Assembly (NCBI GenBank): GCA_902783905.1 | Contig: CACZSP010000015.1 | Coordinates: 1 to 45,677 of the forward strand | Direction: 5' to 3' | Length of the DNA stretch: 45,677 nucleotides | Origin: an uncultured Ruminococcus sp. | GTDB taxonomy: Bacteria; Bacillota; Clostridia; Oscillospirales; CAG-272 | In this document: positions 42,782 through 45,677 of the stretch, piece by piece | Numbering within the stretch: the first letter of the stretch is position 1 | Layout of the letters: every line of letters begins with the position of its first letter | Position numbers and translations under genes: made by a program | Notes under the pieces: generated by a model | Seen by the model: only the letters and a program-made list of their open reading frames with translations | Database searches by the model: none | Told to the model about the DNA's origin: nothing

Positions 42782-42854
42782 TAAGCCGTACAGAACGGTA
42801 CGCCCGGGTTTCTCCGCGGCACGTATCAATACTCTGCTGAAAACGGTGAAAAAA

Positions 42855-44954
42855 ATGAAATCAGACAGAAAAAAAACGGTTGGCCGCCCCGCCGGAACGC
42901 GCGCCCGCGGCTCTGTTCATCCGGTGTCCTCTTCCCTGACTCTTCGCGGGATCCTCACGGTCATTCTTGCTCTGGCCTGCGTGATTCCGCTTGCCGGATG
43001 CGGAGGCACGGGCACCCCCGATACCTCCTCCGGAGCCGGAACCTCCTCTTCTGGACCCGAATCCCGTGATCCGGAGATTTCATCCGATGAAACGGCGGTC
43101 GATTCCGCGACCGAAGAAACCGGGACGACAGTCTTCCCGCCCGTGCCGACCTCGGATGAGCCGACGTCGGCCGCCGACGGCACGGCAGATTATCCTCTCG
43201 AGCTGAAATGGCATCTTGGATACGTGGGATCGTCTTCCCACTCATCCTGGAAGGACACCCTCAACCTCACCGGAGGCTACTACTCGGTGTCCGAGATCTT
43301 CACCGTCCCCGCAGCCGGATCGACGGTGACCTTCACCGACGACAACACCAACAGCAACGGCGACTCAAACTTTGCGTCGGCGTCCGCATACGTCTTCTCA
43401 AGCTGGAAGGAAACAAGCCCGGGCAACTGGTCGATCGATCTTGACGGATACAACGCATCCGGAACCGAAGCCGAGTACACCGACGCCGGAGGCGCCAGAA
43501 CCTACGTCTATACTACGAAAAAGGATAACGAATCGCTGAGAATCTCCTTCAGATCGGGCGAGACGTCCTCCTTCGTTCCGTCCAAATACCCTGTAATAAC
43601 GGTCACCGGCAAAGCGCCCGCCGTCGTGCCATCTCAGCAGGCGATGGACGGGACCGCCAAAAACGACCGGCTCTTCGATCTTGCGTCGTGGGCAGAAACC
43701 GACCGCTCCCGCGCCTATTACGAGAATCTGCGCGGACTGACGGTAAACTTCATCGGCGACAGCTACTTTGCCGGCGACGGGATCGACACAAGATACGTCT
43801 GGCCGGCGCTGCTCGGTCTGAAATACGATATGACCGTCGTCAACCAGGGGCGCAACGGATCGGCAATATCCGACTACGACTCGTCGAAGAACCCGATGTG
43901 CCGCCGGTACACCTCCCTTCCCGACAACAACCCGGACGTCGTCGTGCTCCAGGGCGGAAAGAACGATTTCAACGTGAACGCCCCGCTGGGATCCGCCGAC
44001 TCGACCGACACCAAGACCTTCCGCGGAGCTGTCAGGACGACGATCGAGGGACTTCGTAAAAAATATCCTTCCGCCGTCATAATCTGCGTGACCGTATGGG
44101 AGATCGGCAACCAGACCAACAGCCTGGGACTTGCCGTAAGAGACTACGGAAACGCGATGATATCGCTCTGCGCCGACATGGGCGTTCCCTGCATCAACGC
44201 GATGTCGTCCGAATCGGGGATCATTATGACCGACGCCTCCTTCAGAGCCCAGTACTGCAGATCGGCGGGCGACATCTCACACCTCAACGCCGAGGGTCAC
44301 GCCCTTGCCCTTAAATATTTCGAAAAGCAGATCAGCGAAAACCTCGGGCAGCCCGCAGTCACCGGCGAGGAGACGACCGCCGAGATCACCTCCCCCGCCG
44401 AAATAACGACGGAACCGGTCGAAACGACTCCCGCCGAAATAACGACGGCGCCGGTTGAAACGACTCCCTCCACGGGCGGCGACGAAACGGTCGCGCTGAG
44501 ATGGCACCTCGGATACGTCGGATCGTCGACCCATTCGTCGATGAAGAACACGCTGAATCCTACGGGAAGCATGTACTCCTTCTCGGAGATATTCACCGTT
44601 CCGAAGGCCGGATCGACGATAACTTTCACCGACGACAACACCGACAGCAACGGCGACAAAAACTTCGCGTCGGCGGCGGCATACGTATTTTCAAGCTGGA
44701 AGGAAGAGTCGCCCGGCGTCTGGGTGATCGATCTTGACGGCTACAACGTATCCGGCACCCAGGCCACCTACACCGACGCGGACGGCGCCAGAACCTACGT
44801 CTACGTCACGACGAAGGACAACGAGAACATACGGATATCCTTCAGATCGGGACAGTCGGCGTCCTTCGTGCCGTCCTCCTACCCGGCCGTCACCGTGACC
44901 GGCGGCGAGCCGGCTCACGCCGTCAGCGACTCAACTTTCGACGCGCTGAGCTGA
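42855..44954 (+). CDS. Lipoprotein: SGNH/GDSL hydrolase flanked by two copies of a 138-aa beta-rich domain
   Basis: The ATG at 42855 gives MKSDRKK...LACVIPLAGC-GG (lipobox). SGNH blocks: NFIGDSYFAGDG (block I), QGRNGS (II), VLQGGKNDF (III), DISHLNAEGH (V). The tracked ORF start at 42600 crosses the promoter. Confidence 0.75.
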   Translation: MKSDRKKTVGRPAGTRARGSVHPVSSSLTLRGILTVILALACVIPLAGCGGTGTPDTSSGAGTSSSGPESRDPEISSDETAVDSATEETGTTVFPPVPTSDEPTSAADGTADYPLELKWHLGYVGSSSHSSWKDTLNLTGGYYSVSEIFTVPAAGSTVTFTDDNTNSNGDSNFASASAYVFSSWKETSPGNWSIDLDGYNASGTEAEYTDAGGARTYVYTTKKDNESLRISFRSGETSSFVPSKYPVITVTGKAPAVVPSQQAMDGTAKNDRLFDLASWAETDRSRAYYENLRGLTVNFIGDSYFAGDGIDTRYVWPALLGLKYDMTVVNQGRNGSAISDYDSSKNPMCRRYTSLPDNNPDVVVLQGGKNDFNVNAPLGSADSTDTKTFRGAVRTTIEGLRKKYPSAVIICVTVWEIGNQTNSLGLAVRDYGNAMISLCADMGVPCINAMSSESGIIMTDASFRAQYCRSAGDISHLNAEGHALALKYFEKQISENLGQPAVTGEETTAEITSPAEITTEPVETTPAEITTAPVETTPSTGGDETVALRWHLGYVGSSTHSSMKNTLNPTGSMYSFSEIFTVPKAGSTITFTDDNTDSNGDKNFASAAAYVFSSWKEESPGVWVIDLDGYNVSGTQATYTDADGARTYVYVTTKDNENIRISFRSGQSASFVPSSYPAVTVTGGEPAHAVSDSTFDALS
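43197..43610 (+). repeat. Domain repeat copy A in the SGNH lipoprotein gene
   Basis: LELKWHLGYVGSSSHSS...SKYPVITVTG. 106/138 aa identical to copy B by manual alignment. Confidence 0.9.
44394..44465 (+). repeat. Tandem 36-nt repeat (2 copies) encoding a Thr/Pro-rich linker
   Basis: CCCGCCGAAATAACGACGGAACCGGTCGAAACGACT then CCCGCCGAAATAACGACGGCGCCGGTTGAAACGACT (33/36 identical). Encodes PAEITTEPVETT / PAEITTAPVETT. Confidence 0.9.
44490..44903 (+). repeat. Domain repeat copy B in the SGNH lipoprotein gene
   Basis: VALRWHLGYVGSSTHSS...SSYPAVTVTG, exactly 1293 nt downstream of copy A. Confidence 0.9.
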
Positions 44955-44970
44955 CAATTCTTTTACACTA

Positions 44971-45010
44971 CAATACCGCACGGTTCGCTCTGGCGAACCG
45001 TGCGGTATTG
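44971..45010. terminator. Long hairpin between convergent genes (probable bidirectional terminator)
   Basis: Perfect 18-bp stem CAATACCGCACGGTTCGC / GCGAACCGTGCGGTATTG with a 4-nt loop. U-tracts are imperfect on both sides. Confidence 0.65.
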
Positions 45011-45011
45011 T

Positions 45012-45037
45012 ATTAATGAAGCACATTAATGAAGCAC
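45012..45037. repeat. Perfect tandem 13-bp duplication
   Basis: ATTAATGAAGCAC twice (45012-45024 and 45025-45037), immediately after the hairpin. Confidence 0.9.
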
Positions 45038-45078
45038 TTAAAATTTCAGTTTCGTGCCGTCCGGTGCGAAGGCGCGCT

Positions 45079-45677
45079 TCATTCGCCGAACACGACGATT
45101 TCCCTTGTGTTTATCTCCTGCAGACCCGTCAGGTTGGAAGAGATCGATCCGCCGCGTATGATGCCGATGCGCACGTATTTTCCGGATACGCCTCCCATAG
45201 AGAAGAGCACCTCCACCGTCGCCTTGTTATTGTTCCAGGGATCGGGACAGGCCGAGGTGTCGAGAGACGCAAGCTCGGTTTTCGAGGCGTCGTAGCACGC
45301 CGACGGCACCTTTGTCCAGTTTTCTCCGTCGTCGCTGACGAAGACCTCCTGGGCTTTCGCGAAGCCGTCAAGACTTCCCGAAAAATATCCGATCGCTTCA
45401 AAAATCTTTTTTTCTCCGAAATTCAGAGTTATTATGCCGGTATACGGAGCGTCTTCCTCTTTTACGCCGCCGATATTGTAGGTCGCCTTGTCGAAGAACA
45501 TCGCCGCCATATAGGACGAACCCCAGTGACCGTTGACCAGGTTTCCGACCGAAGTCATCTTCCCCGCCGCCGACTCAAAGGAGGTTCCTTTTTTCGACGA
45601 GTCCATATATTCGATGCCGATGACCGAGACTCCGTAACCTTTGTCGGCGATGTCCGCCTTCTGGGCGTCGGTCAGCG
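45079..45677 (-). CDS. Discoidin (F5/8 type C, CBM32-like) domain protein, C-terminal part (5' end outside the window)
   Basis: The frame stays open from 45606 to the window edge (...LTDAQKADIADKGYGVSVIGIEYMDSSKK...). EVFVSDDGENWTKV and GKYVRIGII are typical discoidin-domain strands. Confidence 0.55.
   Translation of the reverse strand, partial: LTDAQKADIADKGYGVSVIGIEYMDSSKKGTSFESAAGKMTSVGNLVNGHWGSSYMAAMFFDKATYNIGGVKEEDAPYTGIITLNFGEKKIFEAIGYFSGSLDGFAKAQEVFVSDDGENWTKVPSACYDASKTELASLDTSACPDPWNNNKATVEVLFSMGGVSGKYVRIGIIRGGSISSNLTGLQEINTREIVVFGE

Noticed and set aside
42600-42854. N-terminal extensions suggested by the ORF track: 42600 for the SGNH gene, 28511 for the solute-binding protein, 30351 for the nuclease, 25021 for the RDD gene, 36491 for DHH paralog 2, 41681 for the ATPase, 27083 for permease 1, and 2599 for the heparinase-like gene.
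   Set aside because: The extensions run through promoters, terminators or the preceding gene. They are Arg-rich or otherwise non-protein-like. In each case an internal ATG gives a lipobox or signal peptide, or sits behind a proper RBS.
45012-45037. Perfect 13-bp tandem duplication ATTAATGAAGCAC x2 as a regulatory site.
   Set aside because: It sits between two convergent gene ends, next to the terminator hairpin, where no promoter or operator is expected. It is most simply a replication-slippage duplication. Listed as a repeat feature only.

Overview
45.7-kb G+C-rich chromosomal segment that looks like a Gram-positive, Clostridia-type bacterium. Evidence for that: a GlgD-containing glgBCDAP operon, many lipobox lipoproteins, SigA-type TTGACA-17-TATAAT promoters, a CIRCE-like operator and an Hsp20 gene. 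I support 38 CDSs (2 truncated at the window edges). I found no rRNA, tRNA, CRISPR array, integrase or transposase.

Gene blocks:
(1) 1-2565 (+): DeoR-linked operon with a TIM-like isomerase, a SIS isomerase and two YjbQ/UPF0047 paralogs.
(2) 2635-4341 (+): leaderless heparinase II/III-like protein.
(3) 4525-7984 (-): zinc-ribbon/TM/repeat protein, and a surface protein with an internal duplication and a VPTG-type C-terminal anchor.
(4) 8120-15235 (-): tightly coupled operon of phosphoester-active enzymes (histidine phosphatase, PHP, cardiolipin-synthase-type PLD, orphan protein, sugar-phosphate isomerase/epimerase, phosphodiester-glycosidase lipoprotein).
(5) 15232-24993 (-): glgB-glgC-glgD-glgA-glgP-GH13 glycogen operon.
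(6) 25147-34037 (+): RDD protein, then a CUT1-type ABC importer co-operonic with a staphylococcal-nuclease-type lipoprotein and a 753-aa OB-fold/tandem-repeat lipoprotein. This is my top candidate for an undescribed system (extracellular DNA capture, degradation and uptake).
(7) 34310-39639 (-): nadE-nadD-traX-DHH-DHH-anion permease operon.
(8) 39636-40310 (-): pseudouridine synthase.
(9) about 40311-41804: visibly AT-richer island carrying a lone AAA+/DUF4143-type ATPase. Its promoter is bracketed by two identical 20-bp direct repeats.
(10) 41990-42596 (-): hsp20 with an SD-sequestering hairpin and a CIRCE-like palindrome upstream.
(11) 42855-44954 (+): lipoprotein in which an SGNH hydrolase is sandwiched between two copies of a 138-aa domain.
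(12) 45079-45677 (-): partial discoidin-like protein.

All product calls come from motif reading by eye; no database search was possible.
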